A stretch of DNA of 64,000 bases from an uncultured Gemmatimonadales bacterium (GTDB lineage: Bacteria > Gemmatimonadota > Gemmatimonadetes > Longimicrobiales > RSA9). The stretch is from assembly GCA_963708135.1 (NCBI GenBank), contig OY970192.1:5280001-5344000 (forward strand), in the 5' to 3' direction. Each line of letters starts with the position of its first letter. The first letter of the stretch is position 1. The notes beneath the pieces were generated by a model. That model did no database searches. It was not told where the DNA came from and was given only the letters and a program-made list of their open reading frames with translations. Shown here one piece after another: positions 10,301 through 19,573 of this stretch. The translations under genes and the position numbers were made by a program.

Positions 10301-10914
10301 GGCGTCACCAGGATGCGGTACGGCGTGGCCGCCTCCGCCTGCCGCCACGGCTGGAGCAGCGCCGCCGCGCCGCTCCGGAAGAAGCCCGGCCCGGTGAGCA
10401 CGACCAGCAGCCCGATCACCGCCGTCGCCACGAGCGCGCCCGACGCGCGCCGGAGCGTCGCCCGCTCGATGCGCCGGCCATCGTCCACCGCGTGCGCCCG
10501 CTCGAGCGCGTCGCGCACCAGCCGGCGGAGCAGCGCGTCGGAGAGGTCCGCCCGTCCCCCCGGGTGGTCCCCGAGCTCCACCGCGCTGACCACCGCCGCG
10601 TTCAGCGAGGGCTCGTGTTCCTCCAGGTACAGCGCGACCTGCGCGTCCGAGGGCCGCCGCAGCTGCGGCACCACCCCGTACCACACGGCCAGCCCGGCCA
10701 GGACGAGGTAGGCGAGGACGCGGAACACGGTGATCGATCCGGGCGAGAACGCCGCGTGCTGCAGCGCCCACGAGCCCACGAGAACCGCCGCCACGCCGGC
10801 GGCGAGAAGGATGGCCCCCGCCCGCGCCGCCAGCCGCAGCCGCCAGCGCCGCCGCACCTGCCGGATGATCCGGACCAGCTCGCTCCTCGCGCCCGCTTCA
10901 TCGTGGCCGAGCAT
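7342..10914 (-). CDS. Large DUF4175-like membrane-anchored coiled-coil protein of the MoxR/vWA cluster
   Basis: N-terminal TM helices, Ig-like middle (AEDDYGI, SYYARALDN), long helical Q/E/R-rich part, and C-terminal VPERFRKLVEEYFKAL. Confidence 0.75.
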   Translation of the reverse strand: MLGHDEAGARSELVRIIRQVRRRWRLRLAARAGAILLAAGVAAVLVGSWALQHAAFSPGSITVFRVLAYLVLAGLAVWYGVVPQLRRPSDAQVALYLEEHEPSLNAAVVSAVELGDHPGGRADLSDALLRRLVRDALERAHAVDDGRRIERATLRRASGALVATAVIGLLVVLTGPGFFRSGAAALLQPWRQAEAATPYRILVTPGNATVPRGADVTVSAALSGFTSGQVSLVLRSKGGEGFDRVPMTVPEGGSQPEAVLFALDGATDYYVEAAGVRSPLFRIEVADLPYTRRLELEYHYPAYTGLAPRTVEDAGDVAALRGTRTRLRVWTTRPTPAGRIVLGDGRAFPLGAAPDGTLTGTLPVDRDGIYRIELRGPDGRPVVGSPQYTITVLDDRAPSVSFEKPGRDTRATPVEEVFLQPRAEDDYGIGRLELVYSVNGGEQKSVALYTGGSKPLRTVSAGHTLYLEELGLQPGDVISYYARALDNDAVGKRKAGTSDIYFVQIRPFRKEYRAAEQRGMPGGGGQEDEGSLSERQKQVIAATFNLLRDRPTLGTKEAGQHRTTIALAQGRVRAQVETLARRMKERGVVRMDSAFGEIAKLLPAAATSMKEAEDLLRGEKDRDALAPEQKALQQLQRAEAVYHDVQVSMGASNGGEGQSPEAEDLADLFDLEMDRLRDQYETVQRGQDERTSSELDQTLERLKELARREQQAAERQRRLARGQPGGGGGGAQSQKELADQLEQEAHKLERLARENPQRNANLEESARRLRDAADAIRRAAADPSGAGARSAGDRIDEARRLLQRERGDRLGQAADEARRKAEELAAEQHRIAGDVRGLNGRGAADAEQARRLAERKDRLAAGVRDLEGRLDRLAADAEARDTAAAEKLRDAANRIRERRTEDKIKLSRALVQRGGGGEYGERLEGDISADLDSLRTRVAEAAGAAARADAGARKAEQTLEHAQELAQGMASLGERLRQRAEGTAPEGERRLEPGRQGQPNGQSGQPAAGQDGARGQPGQAGGQAGTAQSGRGGQGRQGQAGGAAAGRDGRAGADSASGGFSPGGGGADGRPGGFAPGEIRQFQREARERVSDAEALRREMAAEGRDVAGLDRVIERMRRLGTDEPYRDPAALAQLRQGVVDGLERLEFGLRRDIQGEREHVMLSGGSEVPERFRKLVEEYFKALARSRER

Positions 10915-10918
10915 CGCG

Positions 10919-12982
10919 CTACCCTCCCGCCCGGGACAGGCGGTTCGAGACCAGCGTCTCCGCGGCGAACGCCGCGAAGGCCGCAAAGAGGAGGTACCAC
11001 CACCACCCCTGCCGGCGCTCGCGCTCCTCGGGGCCGCTCACGGCGGACTCCGCCGCTGGCGCCGCCTTGCCCGGCACCGTGGCCGCCGCGGCGAGCTCCT
11101 TCGGGTCCACCCGCGCCAGGTCCGATTCGGCCACGTCGAGGTTCGCCGCCAGCACCGCCGCCGGCCGCGCCGCGCCCGCCGCGCGCACCTCGTAGTAGCC
11201 CTGCTCGGCCAGCCGCACGGTGTGCGCCTCCGCGCCCCGCAGCGGGATGCGCCCGCCGGATGGCGTCAACAGGACGGTGGACCCGGAGGCCGGGTCCGGA
11301 CCCGCTCTCCCCGCCGCCGAGACATCGACCACCTCGCCCACCGTCGCCCACGGCCGCGGCGCCGTCCGGCCCGATGCGTAGCGCGCGAGTCCCTGCACGA
11401 ACGGCAGGAACACCGGCTGGAGGGCGAGGTCGTTCCAGAACGTGTCCAGTGTGGACGCCCACAGCAGCACCCGCCCCCGCCCGACGCTCCGCTCCACGAG
11501 CGCGGGCGCGCCATCCTCGAAGCGCGCGAGCACGGTGGCGGAGTCCGCCGGCGTGACCGGCCGGCGGCGGTAAAAGCGCGCGGCCGAGAAGTCGCCGCCG
11601 TGCGGCGTGGAGAACGGCTCGAAGACCGGGTGCGCGAAGTCGATCCGCCCGAGGGCGACGCCGTCCCCACCATCCGCCGGCGCGCCGAAGCGCCCGGGCA
11701 GCAGCGCGTCCATCCCGTCGGCCCGGCTGTCCTCCCCCAGCACCACGATGAGGCCGCCGCCCGCCCGTACCCACGCCTCCAGCCGGCGCCCCGCCTCCCC
11801 GCCGGGAAACGCCGCATCGTCCAGCACGACCACGCCCGTGCCCGCCAGCTCCGGGCCCCGGAAGCGCCGGGCCGGCTGCGCCGCCACCCGGAACCCGGGC
11901 GGCTCGCTGATCGAGAGCGCGCGGCGCAGATAGAGGCTGCGTGTGCCGTCCGGCCCATCGAGCACCAGCACGGGCAGCGCCTGGCCTGGCGAGAGCACGA
12001 AGTGGAACGCATCGTCCGCTGGCAGCGCATCGGCCGCGGCACGCACGGTGCCGCGCGTGTCCGGCTCCGAGAGGATGAACGGCGCGAACGTGACCGCGCC
12101 GGCACCGTTCGCGGCCAGATCGAGCGTGCTCGTTTCCGCCGCCCGGCCGTTCAGCTCGAGCGTGACCCGCAGCCCGCGGACGGCCGCCTCACCGCGGCTG
12201 GCCAGGCGCGCCGTCGCGGTGACGCGCTCCGCCGCGCCGCTCGTGCCTGCGCCGCCGGTGATCCGCTCGCGCCGGAAGCTCACGCCGGTGACGGTCACGT
12301 TCGGTGCGCGCGCGGCGCCGACCGGAAGCGGCGTGAGCACGGCGCCGGCCGGCAGGCGTGCCCCCTCCGCGCCGTTCCAGCCGCTCTTCTGGAAGTCCGA
12401 GATCAGCACGGCCTCGCGGCGGGCGAGCGTGGAGGCCGCCAGGATGCCGCCGGCCAGCTTGAGCGCGGGCGCGTAGCGCGTCGCCCCCGACCCTACGCGC
12501 GCCGTGTCGAGCGCGGCGACGAGCGCCGCGCGGTCGCGCGTCGGCCGGGTCGCGGCGCTCGCCTGCGCGTCGAAGAGGATGAGGCTCGCGCGGTCGTCCG
12601 GGCCGAGCCCCTCGATCGTGCGCCTCGCCGCCGCCTTCGCCTCATCCCAGCGCCCCGCGTAGCCCATGCTCCAGGAGCGGTCCACGAGGATCGCCACCGC
12701 GCGCGCTCCGCCCGCCGGCGCCGCCATGGCGCCGGGCCGGTCGAGGAACGGGCGCGCGAACGCGGCGGCCAGCAGCACGAGCGCCGCGCACCGGAGCAGC
12801 AGCAGCGCCCAGTGCCGGATCCGCTGCCGGCGCACGGTCCGATACGGGATGCGCTGGAGGAACATGAGCGAAGGGAAGCGTACCACCTGCTTCCGCTCCC
12901 GGTGGATGAGGTGCACCACCACCGGGACGGCCAGGGCGGTGAGCCCCAGCAGGAACGCGGGCGCGAGGAAGGCGAGGCTCAT
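10919..12982 (-). CDS. BatA-domain / von Willebrand factor A protein
   Basis: N-terminal BatA motif (PVVVHLI...FPSLMFL...ARP) and MIDAS DRSWSM. Confidence 0.85.
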   Translation of the reverse strand: MSLAFLAPAFLLGLTALAVPVVVHLIHRERKQVVRFPSLMFLQRIPYRTVRRQRIRHWALLLLRCAALVLLAAAFARPFLDRPGAMAAPAGGARAVAILVDRSWSMGYAGRWDEAKAAARRTIEGLGPDDRASLILFDAQASAATRPTRDRAALVAALDTARVGSGATRYAPALKLAGGILAASTLARREAVLISDFQKSGWNGAEGARLPAGAVLTPLPVGAARAPNVTVTGVSFRRERITGGAGTSGAAERVTATARLASRGEAAVRGLRVTLELNGRAAETSTLDLAANGAGAVTFAPFILSEPDTRGTVRAAADALPADDAFHFVLSPGQALPVLVLDGPDGTRSLYLRRALSISEPPGFRVAAQPARRFRGPELAGTGVVVLDDAAFPGGEAGRRLEAWVRAGGGLIVVLGEDSRADGMDALLPGRFGAPADGGDGVALGRIDFAHPVFEPFSTPHGGDFSAARFYRRRPVTPADSATVLARFEDGAPALVERSVGRGRVLLWASTLDTFWNDLALQPVFLPFVQGLARYASGRTAPRPWATVGEVVDVSAAGRAGPDPASGSTVLLTPSGGRIPLRGAEAHTVRLAEQGYYEVRAAGAARPAAVLAANLDVAESDLARVDPKELAAAATVPGKAAPAAESAVSGPEERERRQGWWWYLLFAAFAAFAAETLVSNRLSRAGG

Positions 12983-13902
12983 CGCCGGCGGGCCCGCAGC
13001 AGCCGGGTGCGCGTGGACAGAAAGACGAACAGCGCCTGGTCCAGTGGCTTCGAGGTGTCCAGCAGCGCGTAGTCGATCCGCTCGTTGGCGAAGAGCCGGC
13101 CCAGCGCGTCCGTGTGAGAGCGGATCATCGCCCGGTACTGCGCCCGCATCTGCTCCGGCACCACCGGGATCCGCTCGCCGCTCTCGAGGTCTTCGAACGT
13201 CGAGGCATCGCCGAACGGGAACTCCAGCTCCGCCGGGTCCAGCACGTGGAAGACGACGATGTCGCTCCCCCTGCCGCGCAGCTGCCGCACCGCCGCGACC
13301 GCCGCCTCCGGCTCCTCGTAGAAGTCCGAGATGACGGCCACCAGGCCCCGCCGGCGCACGCCCTCCGCGAGCCGCGCGAGCGTGGCCGCGAGCGTGCCGG
13401 CGCGGCCGGGGCGGAGCCGGTCGAGCGCGTGGAGCAGCACGTCCAGGTGCCTGGCCGCGGGCGGCACGTGATCGACGAGGTCCCGGTCGAACGCGGTGAG
13501 CCCCACCCGGTCGCGCTGCCGGTGCGCGAAGTACGCCAGCGTCGCCGCCAGGTAGCGCGCGTAGTCCAGCTTGGTCACCGCGCCGCTGCCGTAGCCCATC
13601 GACGCGGAGGCGTCCAGCGCCACCACGAAGTTGGCGTTCGTGTCCGCCTCGAACTGCTTCACGTAGTAGCGGTCCGTGCGCGCGAAGAGGCGCCAGTCCA
13701 CGCGCCGGATGTCATCGCCCGGCATGTAGGCGCGGTGCTCCGCGAAGTCGAGCGAGAGACCCAGGTACGGCGAGCGGTGCAGCCCGTTGATGAAGCCGTC
13801 CACCACCGTCCTCGCCACCAGCTCGAGGTTGTCGATGCGCGCCAGCGCGGCCGGATCGATGAAGCGCGCTCCGGGGCTCGCGGAGAGGTGCGCTCGGGCC
13901 AT
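12979..13902 (-). CDS. DUF58 domain protein (vWA-like MoxR partner)
   Basis: FAEHRAYMPGDDIRRVDWRLFARTDRYYVKQFE, DASASM and VISDF. Confidence 0.9.
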   Translation of the reverse strand: MARAHLSASPGARFIDPAALARIDNLELVARTVVDGFINGLHRSPYLGLSLDFAEHRAYMPGDDIRRVDWRLFARTDRYYVKQFEADTNANFVVALDASASMGYGSGAVTKLDYARYLAATLAYFAHRQRDRVGLTAFDRDLVDHVPPAARHLDVLLHALDRLRPGRAGTLAATLARLAEGVRRRGLVAVISDFYEEPEAAVAAVRQLRGRGSDIVVFHVLDPAELEFPFGDASTFEDLESGERIPVVPEQMRAQYRAMIRSHTDALGRLFANERIDYALLDTSKPLDQALFVFLSTRTRLLRARRR

Positions 13903-13964
13903 GGTGGCTTCCCTGGTTCGGGGCTTCGGTTCGCGGGTGCCCGGCGGGCGCCCCGCGTCGCCTG

Positions 13965-14981
<1,017 letters not shown>

Positions 14982-14993
14982 CCTGCCTTTATA

Positions 14994-15045
14994 CCGCAGT
15001 TAGTAGTGCCGCAGTTGGCAGTGCCGCAGTTGGCAGTGCCGCAGT
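14994..15045. repeat. 15-bp tandem repeat (CCGCAGTTGGCAGTG, ~3.5 copies)
   Basis: ccgcagttagtagtg-ccgcagttggcagtg-ccgcagttggcagtg-ccgcagt in the DUF4159-moxR spacer. Confidence 0.85.
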
Positions 15046-15063
15046 CCTCGGTGGTCTCCCCCC

Positions 15064-15915
15064 TCAATGCGTCATTGCATACACGATATAGTTGATTCCC
15101 AACTTGTACGCCTCATTCGACAAATCAATGGGCAGGAACCCCGTGTTCGACCACTCCCAGTACTCGCTCACGTCGTTGTTGTAGTTGACGATCGCCAGCA
15201 TCCGCCCCTTCGGGTCGTTCTTCTCGAACAAACCGTAGAACACCGGCTTGTACTGCCGAAACGTCGGCGCCTGGAAGTCCAGCGATGCGATGTCGAAGAA
15301 GGAGTGGAAGATCGGGTGCGAGACGTCGAGCGGCACCGGATCGATCCCCGGCAGGACCCGGTGCAGCTGCGTGATGAAGTTCGCCCAGTCGCCGCCCCGG
15401 AAGTCGTCGAAGATGATGAAGCCGCCCTTCAGCAGGTAGTTCCTGAGCCCCACCACCTCCTTGTCCGTCGGACCCCAGTAGCCCGCCTCGCACAGGTACG
15501 CGATCGGGAACTCGTCCAGCTTCGCATCGTCCGCCATGAAGATCTCGCTCGCGTCCAGCACCGGCTCGATCGACGTCACCTCGCTCACGATCTTCGCCAG
15601 GTGCCGCTCCGCGCGCGGGTAGTCGTGCTCCCACACCTGCAGCCGGTCCCGGAAGAACTCGTAGTAGCCGCGGCTGTTGGCGGTGTAGCGGATGCGCGTG
15701 ACCGTATAGCGGCCGTTGTAGGGGATGTTGGCGTCCTGCGGCAAGCCGCCGCCCGCCGTGCGCCTGCCCGGTATCAGCGCAGCCCGGAAGGCGACGCGCC
15801 CGCCCGCGAGTCTCGCCGCGCCCGCCGCATCCCGCGCCCCGCGTCCCGCATCCCGCGACCCGCTGCCCGCCGCGAGCGCGACCGCCGCCGCCAGAACGAG
15901 CCCCACGACTCTCAT
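15064..15915 (-). CDS. DUF4159 domain protein
   Basis: W.HDYPRAE, LRNYLLKGGFIIFDDF, HPIFHSFF and C-terminal AYKLGINYIVYAMTH. Signal-peptide-like N-terminus. Confidence 0.85.
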   Translation of the reverse strand: MRVVGLVLAAAVALAAGSGSRDAGRGARDAAGAARLAGGRVAFRAALIPGRRTAGGGLPQDANIPYNGRYTVTRIRYTANSRGYYEFFRDRLQVWEHDYPRAERHLAKIVSEVTSIEPVLDASEIFMADDAKLDEFPIAYLCEAGYWGPTDKEVVGLRNYLLKGGFIIFDDFRGGDWANFITQLHRVLPGIDPVPLDVSHPIFHSFFDIASLDFQAPTFRQYKPVFYGLFEKNDPKGRMLAIVNYNNDVSEYWEWSNTGFLPIDLSNEAYKLGINYIVYAMTH

Positions 15916-18533
15916 GGTCTCTCCTCCGCATGCAGCCGCAGCAGAAGCGCCTGCGCCTTTTGGAAGTCCGGCGCCGCCTCGAGCGAGCGCAGCACCTGCG
16001 TCCGGGCGCCCGCCGCGTCGCCCGCCTGGTACAGCGCGAGCGCCAGCTGGTAGAGCGCCTCCGCGCGGTCGGCCGGCGCCAGCGCGACGACCGCCCGCCG
16101 CTCGCGTACCGCGCGGCCCCGGTCGGCGAGCCCCGCGTACAGCTCCGCCAGGTGGCCGTGCACGGTCGCGTCGTACGGCCAGATGTAGAGCGCCCCGTCG
16201 AGCGCAGCCGCGGCCCCGGCCCTGTCCCCCAGCCGCTCGAGCAGCGTGTCCAGCGCGAGCCGCGCGCCGTAGGCCGACTCGTTGCGCGCGACCAGCGCCG
16301 TGAGCTCGTCCGCCGCCTGCCGGATCTCCCCCCGCTGCTCGTGAATCCGGGCCAGCAGCGCGTACGCGCTCCCCGGGCCGGCGTAGTCCGGGAAGAGCGC
16401 CTTCGCGCGCTCGAGGTGCGCGGCGGCCGCGTCGCCTTGCCCCGCCTGGCGCAGCGCCGTGCCCCGCCGCATCTCGTCCACGAAGCCCGCGCCCAGCGCG
16501 CTCGCGAACCGCTGCCGCACGTATCTGTCGAATGTCCGGTCGAACGCCCCGGGTTCCACGCCGAGCACCTCGCGGAACACCTTCGCATCGCCATCGCCGC
16601 GGGCGTACGCGTGCAGCATGCGGAGCAGCGCGTCCCTGCCGTGCTCCTGCTCGATCAGCTCGACCACGAGCGACGCCTCGTAGTACGAGTGCACCACCTG
16701 CTCGGGGTACGTCGGCCGCACGAAGCCGTCATTCAGCCGGCTGACGGGCGCGAGCCGACCGGCCTGGAACGCCGCCAGCCAGCCCGGGTCGGGCATGAAC
16801 CCCCAGCCCGGCCGCGCGCGCCGCTCCTCGTAGACCGCCAGCCCCTCCGTGAACCAGCGCGGCACCCGCGCGTCCGTCATCCCGAGGTGGAACACGTGCG
16901 CCATCTCGTGCCACAGCGTCGAGCCCCAGTTGAAGTCGCCCGGCTCGCGCGCCGCCGGGGAGTCCATGGCGACGACGCGCCCGAACGTCACCCCCAGCGC
17001 GCCCAGCCCCACGAGCCCCACGGTGCGCACCGAGAAGTCCGCGTGGCGCGGGTAGATCTCGATGCGCACCGGCGTCCTCGGCCGGTAGCCGTAGCGCGCC
17101 GCGAGCTTGCGGTAGGCCTCCTCCGCCAGCGCCTCCGCGTACGGCGCGAGCAGGTCCGCCTCCTTCCCGTTGATCACCAGCTCGAAGTCCGGCGTGCGGA
17201 CGTCGCGGTAGTCCTTGAACGTGTCCAGCAGGTCCAGCGTGTTCTTGTACCAGACGTTGTACGGGTCGCGCGTGAACGCCGCCTCCAGGCTCGCCCTGGC
17301 CGAGTTGACCAGCCCCAGCCGCAACTGGTTGAGCCCCAGGATCCCCAGCGCCCGCGGCGACTCCGGGTCCACCCCGAGCGCCCGCCGCGCCAGCTCCGCT
17401 GCCGCCCGGTAGCGCCGCCCCTGCACGCTCATCTCCGCCGCGGTGCAGAAGAAGTCCGCGTCCTTCGGGTCCAGCGCGAACGCCCGGCGCCTCGCCTCCT
17501 CGAAGCCCGCGCGGTCGCCGCGCATCTCCCGGATCGCGCCCAGCACCGCCAGCGCGTCCCGCGACGCCGGGTCCACCTCGAGCGCCCGCCCCACCTCCGC
17601 CTGCGCCGTGTCCCACGCCTCCCCCGCCGCCGCGAGCCGCGCCAGGAACAGGTGCGCCGGCACGAGGTTCGGGTTCGTCTCGAGCGCCTTCCGCGCCGAT
17701 TCCGCCGCGCCCGGCTGAGCGTCGAACTGGAGCACGCGCGCCATGTCCAGCAGCGCCCGCGGCTGGCGCGGGTTCACCGCCAGCACCTCGCGGAAGGACT
17801 TCTGCGCGTCCGCCCCGTTGTAGCGGTCGAGGAACAGCTCCCCCGCGAGCAGCCGCGGCTCCAGCTCCAGCGTGTCCGCCGCCGCCGCCTCGTCGTACGC
17901 CCGCAGCGCATCCTTGTAAAGCTGGGGATCGTCCTCCCCCAGCCAGCGCACCGCCGTCCCCACCGCCGCGAGCTCCGCCGCCCCCAGCCGCTGCCCCGAG
18001 TTGTAGACGTCGATGAAGCGGTCGAACGCCCGCTTCGCCGCCGCGCGATCCCCGCGCTCCCGCAGGAGCACCGCCAGGTTCAGCTCCGCCACCAGCCGGT
18101 CCGACGCTCCGCGCTCGATGGCCAGCCGGAACGTCTGCTCCGCCGCCTCCCGCTTCCCCCGCGCCGCCAGCACCTCGCCAAGCGCGTTCAGCGCCTCCGG
18201 CGACGATGCCGCCGCCGCCCGTGCCGCGCTCTCCGCCTCCTCGTACCGCCCCACCTCCATCAGCGCCCGCACCAGCCCCCGGGTGGCGGCCACCGGCCCG
18301 GTGCCCGAACGCGAAAGAGCTCGGAACGCCGAGATCGCCTCGTCGTAGCGCCCCGCCCGCAGCGCCCCCCGCGCCGCGACGAGCGCGGGCGAGGCCGGCG
18401 ACGCCGGCGCGGCGAGCGTGCGCTGTGCCCGCAGCGGAGTGCCGGGAGCGCCGAAGAGCGCGAGCCACCCGATGGCGCCGACCGCCGTGACGAGCGCGCG
18501 CGTCCCACGCCCTCTCGCCGTCCGTGCCGTCAC
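15912..18533 (-). CDS. TPR-repeat protein with peptidase MA-like (gluzincin) domain
   Basis: Many TPR helices; TLWHEMAHVF...PRWFTEGLAVYEE. Confidence 0.85.
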   Translation of the reverse strand: MTARTARGRGTRALVTAVGAIGWLALFGAPGTPLRAQRTLAAPASPASPALVAARGALRAGRYDEAISAFRALSRSGTGPVAATRGLVRALMEVGRYEEAESAARAAAASSPEALNALGEVLAARGKREAAEQTFRLAIERGASDRLVAELNLAVLLRERGDRAAAKRAFDRFIDVYNSGQRLGAAELAAVGTAVRWLGEDDPQLYKDALRAYDEAAAADTLELEPRLLAGELFLDRYNGADAQKSFREVLAVNPRQPRALLDMARVLQFDAQPGAAESARKALETNPNLVPAHLFLARLAAAGEAWDTAQAEVGRALEVDPASRDALAVLGAIREMRGDRAGFEEARRRAFALDPKDADFFCTAAEMSVQGRRYRAAAELARRALGVDPESPRALGILGLNQLRLGLVNSARASLEAAFTRDPYNVWYKNTLDLLDTFKDYRDVRTPDFELVINGKEADLLAPYAEALAEEAYRKLAARYGYRPRTPVRIEIYPRHADFSVRTVGLVGLGALGVTFGRVVAMDSPAAREPGDFNWGSTLWHEMAHVFHLGMTDARVPRWFTEGLAVYEERRARPGWGFMPDPGWLAAFQAGRLAPVSRLNDGFVRPTYPEQVVHSYYEASLVVELIEQEHGRDALLRMLHAYARGDGDAKVFREVLGVEPGAFDRTFDRYVRQRFASALGAGFVDEMRRGTALRQAGQGDAAAAHLERAKALFPDYAGPGSAYALLARIHEQRGEIRQAADELTALVARNESAYGARLALDTLLERLGDRAGAAAALDGALYIWPYDATVHGHLAELYAGLADRGRAVRERRAVVALAPADRAEALYQLALALYQAGDAAGARTQVLRSLEAAPDFQKAQALLLRLHAEERP

Positions 18534-19573
18534 GGCGCCTTTCCCCCCTTCCGCAGCTCCGCGTCGATGCGCGCGAGCTCCAGCAGCAGCGTCTCCAGCG
18601 CGTCCTGGTATGCCCCCGCCTCCATCCCCGCCTTCGCCGCCTTGAGCGAGTCGATCTGCCCCTGCAGCGTCCGCTTCCGCTCGAGCAGCGCCTTCACCGC
18701 CGGGTCGCCCGCCACCGCCGCGGGCACGCCCGCCGCCGCCGCCGACTCCGCCAGCACGAACCGCGCGGCCCCCCGCGCGTCCGGCCCCGACGGCACCGAG
18801 TCGGCCGAGGGGGTGCCGTCGCCATCGCCGTCGAGCAGCGCGTGCTCCGTCTGCAGCTCGTTCTCCTGCGCGTATGCCCGCGCCACCTCCCGCCGCGCGT
18901 AGAGGTACGCCTCGAGCAGCGAGACGCGCCCGTCCTTGTCCGCGTCCGCGCCGTCGCCCGTCAGGGCGTCCACGAAATGGCGCCCGAACACCGTCTCGTT
19001 GGCCTCCGCCGCGTTCCGTGTGGCCGTGATGACCAGCCGGTTCTTCCCCTTGAGCGCCGTGATGAAGCCGCCGCTCGACGCCGTCGTGTTCACCACGGCG
19101 ACGCTCTCCTCCGAAAGCCGGTCCAGCATCGACGCCAGCTGCGCCGCGCCCAGGTCCGGCCCCGGCAGGTTGAGCCGCGGCGCGCCGCCCGCGTCCGAGC
19201 CGTGGCCGATCAGCACGACGAGCACCTGGTCCCCCGCGTGCGCCCGCCGCGCGATTCCCGCGATGGCGCGGTCCACGTTCTCCGCCGTCGAGCGCGCGCG
19301 GATCCGCGCCGGGTCGCGTTCCGGGCGCTCCGCCAGGAACACCACGCTCGAGTCCGCCAGCCCGTACTTCTTCCGCGCCGCATCCACCAGCGCCGCCCCC
19401 TCCCTGTAGAACGCCTCCGAGTACTCCGGCATTCCGCCGATCCCCGAAACGACGAGCAGATGCGTCTGCTGCGCCGACACGCTGCGCGCGGCGAGGCCTG
19501 AGCCCGCCATTGCGATGATCCAGACGACGCGCCCTCCGAGCCCCGAGCCCCGAGCAGCGAGCCCCCGTCTCAC
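18530..19573 (-). CDS. Exported caspase/peptidase C13-like fold protein
   Basis: VLVVLIGHGS, ITAT...E..FG.HF and DADKDGRVSLLEAY. GTG start overlaps the upstream stop (GTGA). Confidence 0.6.
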   Translation of the reverse strand: MRRGLAARGSGLGGRVVWIIAMAGSGLAARSVSAQQTHLLVVSGIGGMPEYSEAFYREGAALVDAARKKYGLADSSVVFLAERPERDPARIRARSTAENVDRAIAGIARRAHAGDQVLVVLIGHGSDAGGAPRLNLPGPDLGAAQLASMLDRLSEESVAVVNTTASSGGFITALKGKNRLVITATRNAAEANETVFGRHFVDALTGDGADADKDGRVSLLEAYLYARREVARAYAQENELQTEHALLDGDGDGTPSADSVPSGPDARGAARFVLAESAAAAGVPAAVAGDPAVKALLERKRTLQGQIDSLKAAKAGMEAGAYQDALETLLLELARIDAELRKGGKAP

